Shown here piece after piece: positions 1 to 9,193 of a stretch of DNA of 64,000 nt; positions within the stretch are counted from its first letter, which is position 1, and every line of letters begins with the position of its first letter. Position numbers and translations under genes: made by a program. The stretch lies in assembly GCA_038316355.1 (NCBI GenBank), contig JBBQAO010000006.1:15957-79956 (forward strand), read 5' to 3'. Source of the stretch: Burkholderiales bacterium. GTDB lineage: Bacteria > Pseudomonadota > Gammaproteobacteria > Burkholderiales > SG8-41. The notes under the pieces are model-generated. The model made no database searches. It was not told the DNA's origin and was given only the letters and a program-made list of their open reading frames with translations.

Positions 1-92
1 GTTGCGTATCATGATGGCACCACGCTCACCGGTTTGTGCCGTTTCTGTGTTCTCCGGCTAGCGCCCGCCTTTTACCGCGCATTTTTACTGAT

Positions 93-1514
93 ATGTCCTT
101 TGCTGACCTCAATCTGATTCCCGAACTGCAGCGCGCCGTCGCTGATGAAGGTTATACCGAGCCGACGCCGATCCAGGCCAAGGCGATACCGGCCGTGCTT
201 GAACGCCGCGACATCATGGGCTGCGCCCAGACCGGTACCGGCAAAACCGCCGGCTTCACGCTGCCGATGCTGCAGCTGCTCGCGCCGTACGCCAACTCCA
301 GCCCCTCACCCGCGCGGCACCCGGTGCGGGCGCTGATCCTGACCCCGACCCGTGAACTCGCAGCCCAGGTCAGCGACAGCGTGCGCGGCTACAGCAAACA
401 CCTGAAACTGCGTTCGACCGTCGTCTATGGCGGCGTCGACATGACACCCCAGACCAAGGCACTGCGTGAAGGCGTCGACATACTGATCGCCACGCCCGGC
501 CGCCTGCTCGACCATGTGCAGCAGAAAAGCGTTTCGCTGGGCCAGGTCGAAATCCTGATCCTCGACGAAGCCGATCGCATGCTCGACATGGGTTTCCTGC
601 CCGACATCCGCCGCATCATGGCCTTGATCCCGACGCAGCGACAGAGCCTGCTGTTCTCGGCCACTTTTTCCGAGGACATCAAAAAACTCGCCAACCAGTT
701 GCTGCGCAATCCCCTGCTGATTGAAGTCGCGCGCCGCAACGCCCCCCCCGACCTTGTCGAACACCAGGTCTATGAAACAGCGGCAACCAGCAAGCGCGCG
801 TTGCTGGCGCATTTGATCCGCTCCCGCGAGATGAAACAGGTGCTGGTGTTTTTGCGCATGAAAAAGGATTGCAACAAGCTGGCCCGCGAACTGGTTCGCG
901 ACGGCATCAATGCCGAAGCCATCCATAGTGACCGCACCCAGGCTGAACGCGAGCAGGCCTTGAATGATTTCAAGGAGGGCCGCACCACGGTGCTGGTGGC
1001 CACCGACATCGCTGCGCGCGGCATCGACATCGCCGAACTGCCGTTCGTCATCAACTATGAACTGCCCTACACCCCGGAGGACTACGTGCACCGCATCGGC
1101 CGCACCGGTCGCGCCGGCCTGCCGGGTGAGGCGATATCACTGGTCAGCCCCGACGAGGATCGCCTGCTGGCTGAAATCGAAAAACTGCTGAAGCGCGCGA
1201 TACCGCGCAAGGCGGCAGAAAACTTCGATCATGACCGCGGTCGTGAGCAGCGTCCGCGCCGTGAAACGCGCAATGAAGCACCGCGTCGCGAACCGCAACC
1301 GGTGGCACCGCGTGCCGCAGCGCAACCGCATTCACCACCACCGCCGCCGAAACCGCAACGCAGCAGCGACGGTTTCGATTTCAGCAAACCGTACGAACCC
1401 TCAGACGGATCCGGTGGCGGCAACGTCGCGCACAAGCCGCTGGCGTCACGCGAGCACCCTCATCGCCCGGCCGCTGCCCTGCTTGGCGGCCTTGCCTTCA
1501 AAGACAAAAAATAA
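93..1514 (+). CDS. rhlE: DEAD-box ATP-dependent RNA helicase (RhlE-like) with basic Arg/Pro-rich C-terminal tail
   Basis: The ORF 36..1514 contains AQTGTGKT (motif I), DEAD, SAT and [10 protein letters not shown] (motif VI). I start it at the ATG at 93 (MSFADLNL), which is the usual helicase N-terminus; the GTG at 36 only adds a non-conserved extension. Confidence 0.93.
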   Translation: MSFADLNLIPELQRAVADEGYTEPTPIQAKAIPAVLERRDIMGCAQTGTGKTAGFTLPMLQLLAPYANSSPSPARHPVRALILTPTRELAAQVSDSVRGYSKHLKLRSTVVYGGVDMTPQTKALREGVDILIATPGRLLDHVQQKSVSLGQVEILILDEADRMLDMGFLPDIRRIMALIPTQRQSLLFSATFSEDIKKLANQLLRNPLLIEVARRNAPPDLVEHQVYETAATSKRALLAHLIRSREMKQVLVFLRMKKDCNKLARELVRDGINAEAIHSDRTQAEREQALNDFKEGRTTVLVATDIAARGIDIAELPFVINYELPYTPEDYVHRIGRTGRAGLPGEAISLVSPDEDRLLAEIEKLLKRAIPRKAAENFDHDRGREQRPRRETRNEAPRREPQPVAPRAAAQPHSPPPPPKPQRSSDGFDFSKPYEPSDGSGGGNVAHKPLASREHPHRPAAALLGGLAFKDKK

Positions 1515-1530
1515 CCAGTCGCGCTGATCC

Positions 1531-2271
1531 GTGGAATCGCTGACGACCGCGGAACTGCTGTATTTCTGTTTCATCATTGTCATCTCCTACGCCATCCGCG
1601 GCAGCGCAGGCTTCGGCGGCATCACGGTACCGCTGCTCACCTGGGTACTGTCGCTGAAAACCGTGGTGCCGATGGTGACTTTTCTCGGCATAATTTCTTC
1701 GATTGCAATCCTGCGCACGGACCATCGCCATGTCATCTGGCGTGACCTGTGGCGTCTGCTGCCGTGGATCGTGCTGGGCGTCGCGATCGGCGTTTATTTT
1801 TTCAAAATCCTTGATGCTGCCACGCTGGCGCGCATCCTCGGCGGCGTAGTGCTGGTTTACGGCGGTTACGCATTGCTCGCGACCTGGCGGCCGTCGGGAA
1901 AAATGAACTTGCCGATGTACGCCATTACGCCGGTGGCCGGCACTTTCGCCGGTTTCGTCGGCACCATGTTCGGCTCCATGGCCGGCATGTTTTTCGCCAT
2001 CTATCTGGACATCCTCCGCCACAGCCGTGACGCGTTTCGTGCGACGGTGGCAGCCATACTGCTCGCGCTGGGGATCCTGCGTGGTGGCGCCTATGTGATC
2101 GCCGGCGAATTCACCCGCGATGTGCTGATCGCCTGCGCCGTTGCGTTGCCGATGATGGCGCTGGGGATTTTCATCGGCAACCGCATCCACGCCAACCTTG
2201 ACGACCTTGCATTCAAACGCCTGGTGGCCGTGATCCTGATCATCAGCGGCCCGCCCCTGCTGATCCGTTGA
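1531..2271 (+). CDS. TSUP/TauE-SafE family membrane transporter (sulfite exporter-like, DUF81)
   Basis: The 246-aa protein is polytopic and hydrophobic, with the N-terminal GSAGFGGITVPLL motif typical of TauE/SafE proteins. The start codon is GTG. Confidence 0.8.
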   Translation: MESLTTAELLYFCFIIVISYAIRGSAGFGGITVPLLTWVLSLKTVVPMVTFLGIISSIAILRTDHRHVIWRDLWRLLPWIVLGVAIGVYFFKILDAATLARILGGVVLVYGGYALLATWRPSGKMNLPMYAITPVAGTFAGFVGTMFGSMAGMFFAIYLDILRHSRDAFRATVAAILLALGILRGGAYVIAGEFTRDVLIACAVALPMMALGIFIGNRIHANLDDLAFKRLVAVILIISGPPLLIR

Positions 2272-2324
2272 CTGTTCCGCCACAGCTATAATCGCCGCTC
2301 ATATTTCTGATTTAAAGGCACACC

Positions 2325-3911
2325 ATGACTCAAACCCGCTCCATGGCTCCTGTCGAACTCCAGAATGCGCTGCACGACGGCCGCGAAATTGCGCTGCTCG
2401 ATGTTCGTGAAGACGGCGAGTTCGGTGAAGACCACCTGCTGTTCGCCACCCCGCTGCCGTACAGCCGGCTGGAACTCGGCATAGCCCCGCTGGTGCCGCG
2501 CAAGAGCGCGCGCATCGTGCTGTGCGACGACGGTGTTTCCGGCATTGCGAAACGCGCTGCGGCACGCCTGTCCGCACTGGGTTACACCGACCTTGCCGTG
2601 CTTGACGGCGGCACACGCGCCTGGAAAACCGCCGGTTATGTGCTGTTCAAGGGCGTCAACGTGCCGAGCAAACTGTTTGGCGAGCTGGTCGAACATGCCT
2701 ACAATACGCCGCGAATCACCGCGCAGGACCTGATGAAGATGAAGGAATCGGGCGAAGACTTCGCGCTGTTCGACGGCCGCCCGCTGCACGAACACCACAA
2801 GATGACCATTCCCGGCAGCACCTGCTGCCCCAATGCGGAACTGCCGTACCGCGTGGCAAGCATGGTCAAAAACCCGAAAACCAAAATCATCATCAATTGT
2901 GCCGGGCGCACGCGCTCCATTCTCGGCGCGCAGACCCTCATTAACTTCGGCATCCCCAACCCGGTGTATGCGCTGGAAAACGGCACCCAGGGCTGGTATC
3001 TGTCGGATCTGCAACTGGAATACGGTTCAGCGCTGCAGTATCCGGATCAGGTCGACCAAGCCGCATTGCCAGCGCAACGGCAGGCCGCGCAGGCGCTGAT
3101 GGCGCGCTTCAAGGTGCGCAGTGTGACTGCCACCCAAGTCACAGACTGGTTCAAAGAAACTGACCGCACGACTTATTTGTGCGATGTGCGCACGCCGGAG
3201 GAATTTGCCGCCGGCAGTCTGCCCGGTGCGCAACACACACCCGGCGGCCAGTTGATCCAGGCCACTGACCAGTGGGTGGGCGTGCGCAACGCGCGCATTG
3301 TGCTGGTCGACGGCGGCGAGAACGTGCGCGCACCGGTGGTCGCCAGCTGGCTGCTGCAACTGGGTTGCGATGCCTGTGTGCTTGAAGGCGGAATCAAAGC
3401 CCCGCTTTCCGCCGCAGCCGCCGCCGGACCGGCACTGCCGGAATTGCCATTAATCAGTGCTGATGAATTAAAAAAACTTATCAATGCCAAAACCTGCACC
3501 ATGTTCGATGTTGGTCCCAGCATGGCGTATCGCAAAGCACACATTCCCGGCAGCCGCTGGAGCCTGCGCACACGCATCGCCAAGGATGCTCAAGGCACGA
3601 AAACACCGATCGTACTCACGTCCGAAGATATCGACGTCGCACGACTCGCCGCAACCGAACTGCGCGATACCGGAATCAACGACATCCTTTTTTATGCCGG
3701 CGGTGCCGCAGCCTGGAGCAAGGCCGGCCATCAGACTGCCGCATCAATGGACATTCCCGCCGACCGCGAATGCATCGATTACCTGTTCTTCGTGCATGAC
3801 CGCCATGCCGGCAACCGCGCAGCGATGAAACAGTACCTGGCCTGGGAAACCGGCTTGATGGCGCAACTCGGGGAGCAGGACAAATCAGTGTTCCACCTGT
3901 CTCCGCTCTGA
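2325..3911 (+). CDS. Multi-rhodanese sulfurtransferase-like protein (four tandem rhodanese folds plus a ~60-aa C-terminal extension)
   Basis: Domains 1 and 2 keep active-site Cys loops (CDDGVSG and CAGRTRS). Domains 3 and 4 have no Cys at the equivalent loop (VDGGENVRA and LTSEDIDVA). A Shine-Dalgarno-like AAAGG lies upstream of the ATG. Confidence 0.8.
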   Translation: MTQTRSMAPVELQNALHDGREIALLDVREDGEFGEDHLLFATPLPYSRLELGIAPLVPRKSARIVLCDDGVSGIAKRAAARLSALGYTDLAVLDGGTRAWKTAGYVLFKGVNVPSKLFGELVEHAYNTPRITAQDLMKMKESGEDFALFDGRPLHEHHKMTIPGSTCCPNAELPYRVASMVKNPKTKIIINCAGRTRSILGAQTLINFGIPNPVYALENGTQGWYLSDLQLEYGSALQYPDQVDQAALPAQRQAAQALMARFKVRSVTATQVTDWFKETDRTTYLCDVRTPEEFAAGSLPGAQHTPGGQLIQATDQWVGVRNARIVLVDGGENVRAPVVASWLLQLGCDACVLEGGIKAPLSAAAAAGPALPELPLISADELKKLINAKTCTMFDVGPSMAYRKAHIPGSRWSLRTRIAKDAQGTKTPIVLTSEDIDVARLAATELRDTGINDILFYAGGAAAWSKAGHQTAASMDIPADRECIDYLFFVHDRHAGNRAAMKQYLAWETGLMAQLGEQDKSVFHLSPL

Positions 3912-3916
3912 TTGAA

Positions 3917-3950
3917 AATATTCAATAAAATCAATTAGTTATATTAATTT
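3917..3950. repeat. AT-rich intergenic element, copy A (AATATTCAATAAAATCAATTAGTTATATTAATTT)
   Basis: The element begins 6 nt after the rhodanese-gene stop, between convergent genes. It contains AATCAATTAGTTA, an exact match to the IHF consensus WATCAANNNNTTR. Confidence 0.85.
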
Positions 3951-3997
3951 CGACTGCGCGTGGCCATTGCTGGCACCGGCTGCGGGGCCGTGCCGGA

Positions 3998-5002
3998 TCA
4001 GGGCGCTTTGCGCAGACCCAGCGTACTGACCAGGCCGTCGACCTCACCCGCATATTCGGTCACCGCGGCCACGGTCTTCGCAGCATTCAGAAAATTCCAC
4101 GCCCAGAGATTGGCTTCCAGGTCTTTTTTCCACTCGTCCAGCGCAGCAAGTTCAGCGTAACGAGCCTCCCAGAATTTCACTGCGGCAGGATCCGCGCCTC
4201 TCGGCGCAATCACTGCGCGGAAATTGGTCATGGTGCCGTTGATGCCCTGCTCATTCCAGGTCGGCACCGCGGCCAGTGCGCCGCCGAGGCGTTGCGGTGC
4301 GGATACCGCAACCGCGCGCAACTGCCCGCTGCGCACATGCGGCACAACCGTGGAAACCGCCGTGGATACAGCATCGACATGACCGCCCAGCAATGCCGTG
4401 ACCGATTCCGCACTGCCTTTGAAAGCGACAAATTTGACCCGCCGCGGATCAATACCCGCGCGCTGCAATGCCAGCGCTGCCGACAGGTGGTTCGCGCCAC
4501 CGATCGATGTCGAAACACCGATCACCACCGAACCCGCATCCTTGAGCAGTCTGGTCGTCAAGTCCCGGCCATTGATCATCGGCGAATCGGCGCGCACCGA
4601 AAGCGCAAAGAATTCATCGAACAGCATCGCGATCCAGGTGTAATCGCTGTGCGCGTAGGGACTCAAACCTATGGCCCTGCTGATCAGCACATTGAAATTG
4701 CCGATCATCTGGTAATGCCCGTTGCCCGCATGCTGATTCAGATAGCTCCAGGCGATCAGGTTGCCGCCACCCGGTTTGTTGACCACGGTGACCGGACCTT
4801 CGTAGAGGCCGCGCGTCTGCCACAGGCGCTGGATCAGGCGCGCCGTTTTGTCCGGGGCGGCGCCGGGTGCCGTGCCAACAATGATTTCTGTCACACGCTC
4901 AGGTTTCCAGGCCGTTGACTGCGCCGGAACATGGGCAGCGAACAGCAGCGCCAGCAACCCGCACAGCCATACCGCGTTGATACAGCCCACAGAAGTCCGC
5001 AT
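3998..5002 (-). CDS. Bug-family (TctC-like) periplasmic tripartite tricarboxylate transporter substrate-binding protein
   Basis: The protein has a signal peptide (LLALLFAAHVPAQS), a length of about 330 aa and the conserved Bug core. GGAGGAG lies upstream of the ATG. Confidence 0.85.
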   Translation of the reverse strand: MRTSVGCINAVWLCGLLALLFAAHVPAQSTAWKPERVTEIIVGTAPGAAPDKTARLIQRLWQTRGLYEGPVTVVNKPGGGNLIAWSYLNQHAGNGHYQMIGNFNVLISRAIGLSPYAHSDYTWIAMLFDEFFALSVRADSPMINGRDLTTRLLKDAGSVVIGVSTSIGGANHLSAALALQRAGIDPRRVKFVAFKGSAESVTALLGGHVDAVSTAVSTVVPHVRSGQLRAVAVSAPQRLGGALAAVPTWNEQGINGTMTNFRAVIAPRGADPAAVKFWEARYAELAALDEWKKDLEANLWAWNFLNAAKTVAAVTEYAGEVDGLVSTLGLRKAP

Positions 5003-5100
5003 GTCCTGCTCCTCCGCGTTTGATTTTTTATATGATCACTGCAGCCAATATAGCAAAGGCCCGCAGTGTTAGCATTGCGCCTTTCGCAAACCACAAATGG

Positions 5101-5553
5101 ATGTCATTGATCATGGACGAATCCGCAGCACGCCAGTCATTTGAGCAGGCACTGGCCACCTACGAACAGGACTTCGGAAAATTTTTTCTGGCGCGGTTGT
5201 TCGGCCTCGAATTGACATACACCGCTGACGAATGCCGCATCCATTTTGATCTCAAGGATTTCATGTTCAATCCTCAGGGTGGATTACATGGCGGCATCAG
5301 CGCCTTTGTGCTGGATATTTCGATGGGCCACCTGCTGCACCGGACCAGCGGCGCCGGGACCACGCTGGAAATGAAAGTGCAATACATCAAGGCCGCCAAA
5401 GCCGGCCGGCTGACCTGTGTCGCGCGCTTCATCCGCCACGGCCGCAGCATTTCATTCCTGCGCTCGGAACTGACTGATCAACAGGGGGAACTGATTGCCT
5501 ATGCCACCTCGACCTGGAAGTCATTGAAACCGGTCGCGGCCAAAGCAGGATAA
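5101..5553 (+). CDS. PaaI-type hotdog-fold thioesterase
   Basis: The GGLHGGISAFVLD motif and the ~150-aa size fit PaaI thioesterases. The start is uncertain, with in-frame candidates at 5020, 5101 and 5113. Confidence 0.7.
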   Translation: MSLIMDESAARQSFEQALATYEQDFGKFFLARLFGLELTYTADECRIHFDLKDFMFNPQGGLHGGISAFVLDISMGHLLHRTSGAGTTLEMKVQYIKAAKAGRLTCVARFIRHGRSISFLRSELTDQQGELIAYATSTWKSLKPVAAKAG

Positions 5554-5556
5554 ATC

Positions 5557-5988
5557 GTGCTTCGGCTGGTACTCGACACCAACGTCTGGCTGGACTGGCT
5601 GGTGTTTGACGATCCCGGCATCTCGACACTGCGGGCGCTAAGCGCTGCAGACAAGGCCGAAATCATCATCAACGCCGAATGTGAAGCCGAACTGATTCGG
5701 GTGCTCGCGTATTCATTGCAGCAATGGACGCTGGATGCGCATCGTCAGTCGGCATGTCTCGCAGAATGCCGGGCAGTTGCGCAGTCCATGGATACCAGTT
5801 GCGACATCACCCTCCCCGACTGCGCGGACCCTGACGACCAGAAATTCCTGGTGCTGGCCGCTGGATGCGGCGCGGCCTATTTACTGAGCAAGGACAGGGC
5901 TTTACTCGCACTGCAAGGCCGCCGCCCGCCGCTGCCGTTCCATATCGTGACTCCGGCAGAATTTACCCGGCAACTGGGCGTAAAATAA
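5557..5988 (+). CDS. PIN-domain protein (putative toxin-type nuclease, TIGR00305-like)
   Basis: The N-terminal LVLDTNVWLDWL carries the PIN acidic residue, and acidic residues occur again near the C-terminus (DPDDQKF). The GTG start lies 3 nt after the upstream stop. No adjacent antitoxin-sized ORF is present. Confidence 0.65.
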   Translation: MLRLVLDTNVWLDWLVFDDPGISTLRALSAADKAEIIINAECEAELIRVLAYSLQQWTLDAHRQSACLAECRAVAQSMDTSCDITLPDCADPDDQKFLVLAAGCGAAYLLSKDRALLALQGRRPPLPFHIVTPAEFTRQLGVK

Positions 5989-6039
5989 TCCACCATCGAC
6001 AATCAAGCAACATCATCCGCATTCCAGGAGGAAAAACCA

Positions 6040-6921
6040 ATGAATGTGATACCACTGGGCCCGGGATTTGCCGCCGAAATACGCGGCGTCGGCATGGCCG
6101 ATGTTGCCGCAAGCGATGATATTTATACTGCGGTGCGTGCCGCTTTCGAAGAGCACTCGGTACTGCTGTTCCGCAAACAGCCGATTACCAATGAACTGCA
6201 GATGGCATTCTCGGCCCGATTCGGCCCGCTTGAAATCGCCAAGGCCGCGTCGCGCGGCGAAGGCACACCGTTCAGCATCCTCACCAACGTCGAACCCGAT
6301 GGCACCTTGGTGACGCCCGGTCACAAGGAAGAACTGCGCGCCAAGGCCAATCAGCTCTGGCATACCGACAGTTGCTTCAAGATTCCGCCGGCGCTGGCTT
6401 CCGTGCTTTCAGGACGCACTGTCGCTTCTACCGGTGGTGAAACCGAATTCACCTCCATGCGCCTGACCTGGGAGCGGCTCCCGGCGGAAACCCGGCGAAA
6501 ACTCGACAATGCCTGGGCCTGGCATGACTACGCGCACTCCCGCGGCAAGATTGCGCCGCAACTCGCTTCAGAACGTGAACGCTCGACCATGCCGCCCGTC
6601 TCCTGGCGCATGCGCTGGCGCAATCCGGTGAACAGCCGCGATGCGCTGTACATTGCATCTCACACCTGCGAGATCGACGGCATGGAGCGCGGTGAAGCGC
6701 TGCGGCTGATTGAGGAATTGACCACATTCGCCACACAACCGGAACATCTCTACCAGCACCGCTGGCAAGCCGGTGACGTGATCATGTGGGACAACCGCGC
6801 CACCATGCACCGCGGCCGGCCCTGGCCCGTAGCCCAGCCCCGCCACATGATCCGCACCACGATTTCCGCCACTGATACTGACGGACTCGCGGCCATGTGG
6901 CCCGAACGCAGTGCCGCCTGA
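6040..6921 (+). CDS. TauD/TfdA-family Fe(II)/2-oxoglutarate-dependent dioxygenase
   Basis: WHTDSCF provides the HxD iron ligands, and the C-terminal MHRG region and ~290-aa size fit the family. A strong GGAGGA Shine-Dalgarno sequence precedes the ATG. Confidence 0.85.
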   Translation: MNVIPLGPGFAAEIRGVGMADVAASDDIYTAVRAAFEEHSVLLFRKQPITNELQMAFSARFGPLEIAKAASRGEGTPFSILTNVEPDGTLVTPGHKEELRAKANQLWHTDSCFKIPPALASVLSGRTVASTGGETEFTSMRLTWERLPAETRRKLDNAWAWHDYAHSRGKIAPQLASERERSTMPPVSWRMRWRNPVNSRDALYIASHTCEIDGMERGEALRLIEELTTFATQPEHLYQHRWQAGDVIMWDNRATMHRGRPWPVAQPRHMIRTTISATDTDGLAAMWPERSAA

Positions 6922-6941
6922 AGCCTGACTGCACTACAAAC

Positions 6942-6970
6942 AAAAACGCCGCCCGAGGGCGGCGTTTTTT
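6942..6970. terminator. Bidirectional intrinsic terminator between convergent genes
   Basis: The sequence is AAAAA-CGCCGCC-cgag-GGCGGCG-TTTTTT, with stem arms at 6947-6953 and 6958-6964. An A-run on one side and a T-run on the other let it work on both strands. Confidence 0.8.
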
Positions 6971-6984
6971 ATCAGGCGTAATAC

Positions 6985-7953
6985 TCAGGCCTTGATGCCC
7001 ACCGCACGCACTACCTTGCCCCATTTGTCGTACTCGGACTGGATGAACTTTTTGAATTGCTCCGGCGTGGACGGCGCGGCGTCGGTACCGGCACGTTTGA
7101 AACCCTCAATCATTTCCGGTGACTTGAGCAAGGCCGTCGTTTCACGGTACAGCTTGTCGATAATGGCTTTCGGCGTACCTTTGGGCACTGCCATGCCCAT
7201 CCAGAACGTCGCTTCGTATCCCGGCAATCCGGCTTCCGCGATGCTGGGAATTTCCAGCATTTGCTGCGAACGTTCAGCCGTAGTCACGGCCAGTGCACGC
7301 AGGCGCCCCGACTTGTGATGCTGAAGAGCGATGGCTATGCCGGGAAATCCGATTTTCACCTGCCCCCCCAGCAGGTCCGCTGCGGCCGCGCCGCTGCCCT
7401 TGTACGAAATATGGGTGATCTTGATATCCGCCATCGACATGAAGAGTTCGCCAAACAAATGCTGGCCGCCACCGGTGCCGGAGGACGCCCAGTCCAGTTT
7501 TCCCGGCTGGCCTTTGGCCAATGCGATCAACTCCTTCACCGATTTAACCGGCAGCGAAGGATGAACAATCAGCACATTGGGCGCCGAACCGAATAGCGTG
7601 ACCGGCACAAAATCCTTCAAGGGGTCATAGGACAGTTTGCTGTAGACATGCGGGCTGACCACGAAGGGCGTCGCGGTCTGCAGAATCGTGTATCCATCAG
7701 GCTCAGCCTTGGCCGCGACTGCAGTACCCAACGCGCCGCCCTGACCCGGCCGGTTATCAATGACAAACTGTTGTCCCAGACGCTCCGCAAGTTTGGCCGA
7801 CACCAGGCGCGTCGGCACGTCCGTCGCACCGCCTGCCGCGAACGGGATGATCATCCGCACCGGTCTTTCGGGATAACTTTGCGCCACTGCTGCAGACGCC
7901 ATCATCATGCCGGCCGCAATGCATGCCAGTCCTCCTGCCGTTGCTTTTTTCAT
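6985..7953 (-). CDS. Bug-family (TctC-like) periplasmic substrate-binding protein
   Basis: The protein has the signal peptide MKKATAGGLACIAAGMMMASAAVAQ and the RMIIPFAAGGATDVPTRL motif. I start it at the ATG at 7953, which is preceded by GGAGGA; the ORF-track GTG at 7965 overlaps that Shine-Dalgarno sequence. Confidence 0.85.
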   Translation of the reverse strand: MKKATAGGLACIAAGMMMASAAVAQSYPERPVRMIIPFAAGGATDVPTRLVSAKLAERLGQQFVIDNRPGQGGALGTAVAAKAEPDGYTILQTATPFVVSPHVYSKLSYDPLKDFVPVTLFGSAPNVLIVHPSLPVKSVKELIALAKGQPGKLDWASSGTGGGQHLFGELFMSMADIKITHISYKGSGAAAADLLGGQVKIGFPGIAIALQHHKSGRLRALAVTTAERSQQMLEIPSIAEAGLPGYEATFWMGMAVPKGTPKAIIDKLYRETTALLKSPEMIEGFKRAGTDAAPSTPEQFKKFIQSEYDKWGKVVRAVGIKA

Positions 7954-8016
7954 AATCTCCTCCACCGTTGTTTTTCAAAATCCGGGTGCATGGTAACAAC
8001 TTGGCCACGATTCGCC

Positions 8017-8047
8017 AAAAAAATGAACGCCGCATTGCGCGGCGTTC
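8017..8047 (-). terminator. Intrinsic terminator downstream of the Bug gene 8077..9045
   Basis: The hairpin GAACGCCGC-attgc-GCGGCGTTC has arms at 8025-8033 and 8039-8047. On the minus strand it is followed by a T-run, seen as the plus-strand A-run at 8017-8023. Confidence 0.7.
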
Positions 8048-8076
8048 TTAATCAAGCAATCTGTTGCAGTGCAAAA

Positions 8077-9045
8077 CTAATTGATTTCAGCACCGCTGAC
8101 CTTGACCACTTTGGCCCATTTGGTCGCCTCGACTTTGAGGAAATCGAAGAATTTTTCCGGTGACTCCTGCCAGGCCGGCTCCTGCCCGACTGCCTGCAGG
8201 CTGCTGTGCATCTCCGGGGTTTTCAGCACGCGCAGCAGATCGCCATGCAGTTTCATCTGGATCTCGCGTGGCAATGCCTTGGGGCCGGACACACCGAACC
8301 AGGCCACCATCTCGTAACCCTTGACGCCGGCTTCAGCGATGGTCGGAACATCCGGCAGCTCGGGGGAGCGCTTCGCGCCGGTGACGCCCAGCGGCCGCAG
8401 TTTGCCACTCTTGATGTGGGGCAGCATGCCGGCGATGCCCGGGAATGCAACCATCACCTGCCCGCCGAGCAGATCGGCAGTCACCGGACCGCTGCCGCGA
8501 TACGGGATGTGGGTAATTTTAATGTTGGCCATGCTCGCGAACAAGGCACCGTTCAGATGCTGGGTGCTGCCGTTGCCGGAAGAGGCGTAATTAATCTGGG
8601 CGGGCTTCGCTTTCGCCAATGCAATCAGGTCCTTCACCGATTTCACCGGCAAGGAGGGATGTACCACCAGAATGTTGGGCGCGCTGGTGATCTGGGTCAC
8701 CGGCGTAAAGTCATTCAGCGAGTCGTAAGCCAGTTTTTTATGCAAGGCCGCGCTGACAAAATGCGTATTGCTGATCATGAACAGGGTATAACCGTCGGGT
8801 GCAGACTTGGCCGCGAGTTCCGCGCCTATGCTGGAACCGGCACCGGGACGGTTTTCGACGATCACCTGCTGCTTGAGCGCCTCTCCCAGTTTCTGCGTCA
8901 CGATACGGCCAGGCACGTCGGCTGCGCCACCGGCTGAAAACGGAATGATCATGCGCACCGGTTTGCCCGGATAGTTTTGCGCTGCAGCCGGCAACGCAAC
9001 CAGAGCGCCCAGCATTGAAGATAATATATAAACTATTGATTTCAT
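8077..9045 (-). CDS. Bug-family (TctC-like) periplasmic substrate-binding protein
   Basis: The protein has the signal peptide MKSIVYILSSMLGALVALPAAAQ and the RMIIPFSAGGAADVPGRI motif. It is a close paralog of the 6985..7953 protein. I start it at the ATG at 9045, which has a GAGGGG Shine-Dalgarno sequence. Confidence 0.85.
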   Translation of the reverse strand: MKSIVYILSSMLGALVALPAAAQNYPGKPVRMIIPFSAGGAADVPGRIVTQKLGEALKQQVIVENRPGAGSSIGAELAAKSAPDGYTLFMISNTHFVSAALHKKLAYDSLNDFTPVTQITSAPNILVVHPSLPVKSVKDLIALAKAKPAQINYASSGNGSTQHLNGALFASMANIKITHIPYRGSGPVTADLLGGQVMVAFPGIAGMLPHIKSGKLRPLGVTGAKRSPELPDVPTIAEAGVKGYEMVAWFGVSGPKALPREIQMKLHGDLLRVLKTPEMHSSLQAVGQEPAWQESPEKFFDFLKVEATKWAKVVKVSGAEIN

Positions 9046-9193
9046 TGTTTTAAATTCCCCTCTTATCACAACGCTTCATCACAGTGTGACAGCCGCTGAT
9101 AATAACATTGCAATACCGCACCGCACCGCGGCCGTGCCACATCTCTGCCATGACAGCCGCAGCATCCACCACAGACCACCCGGGAGACCATCC

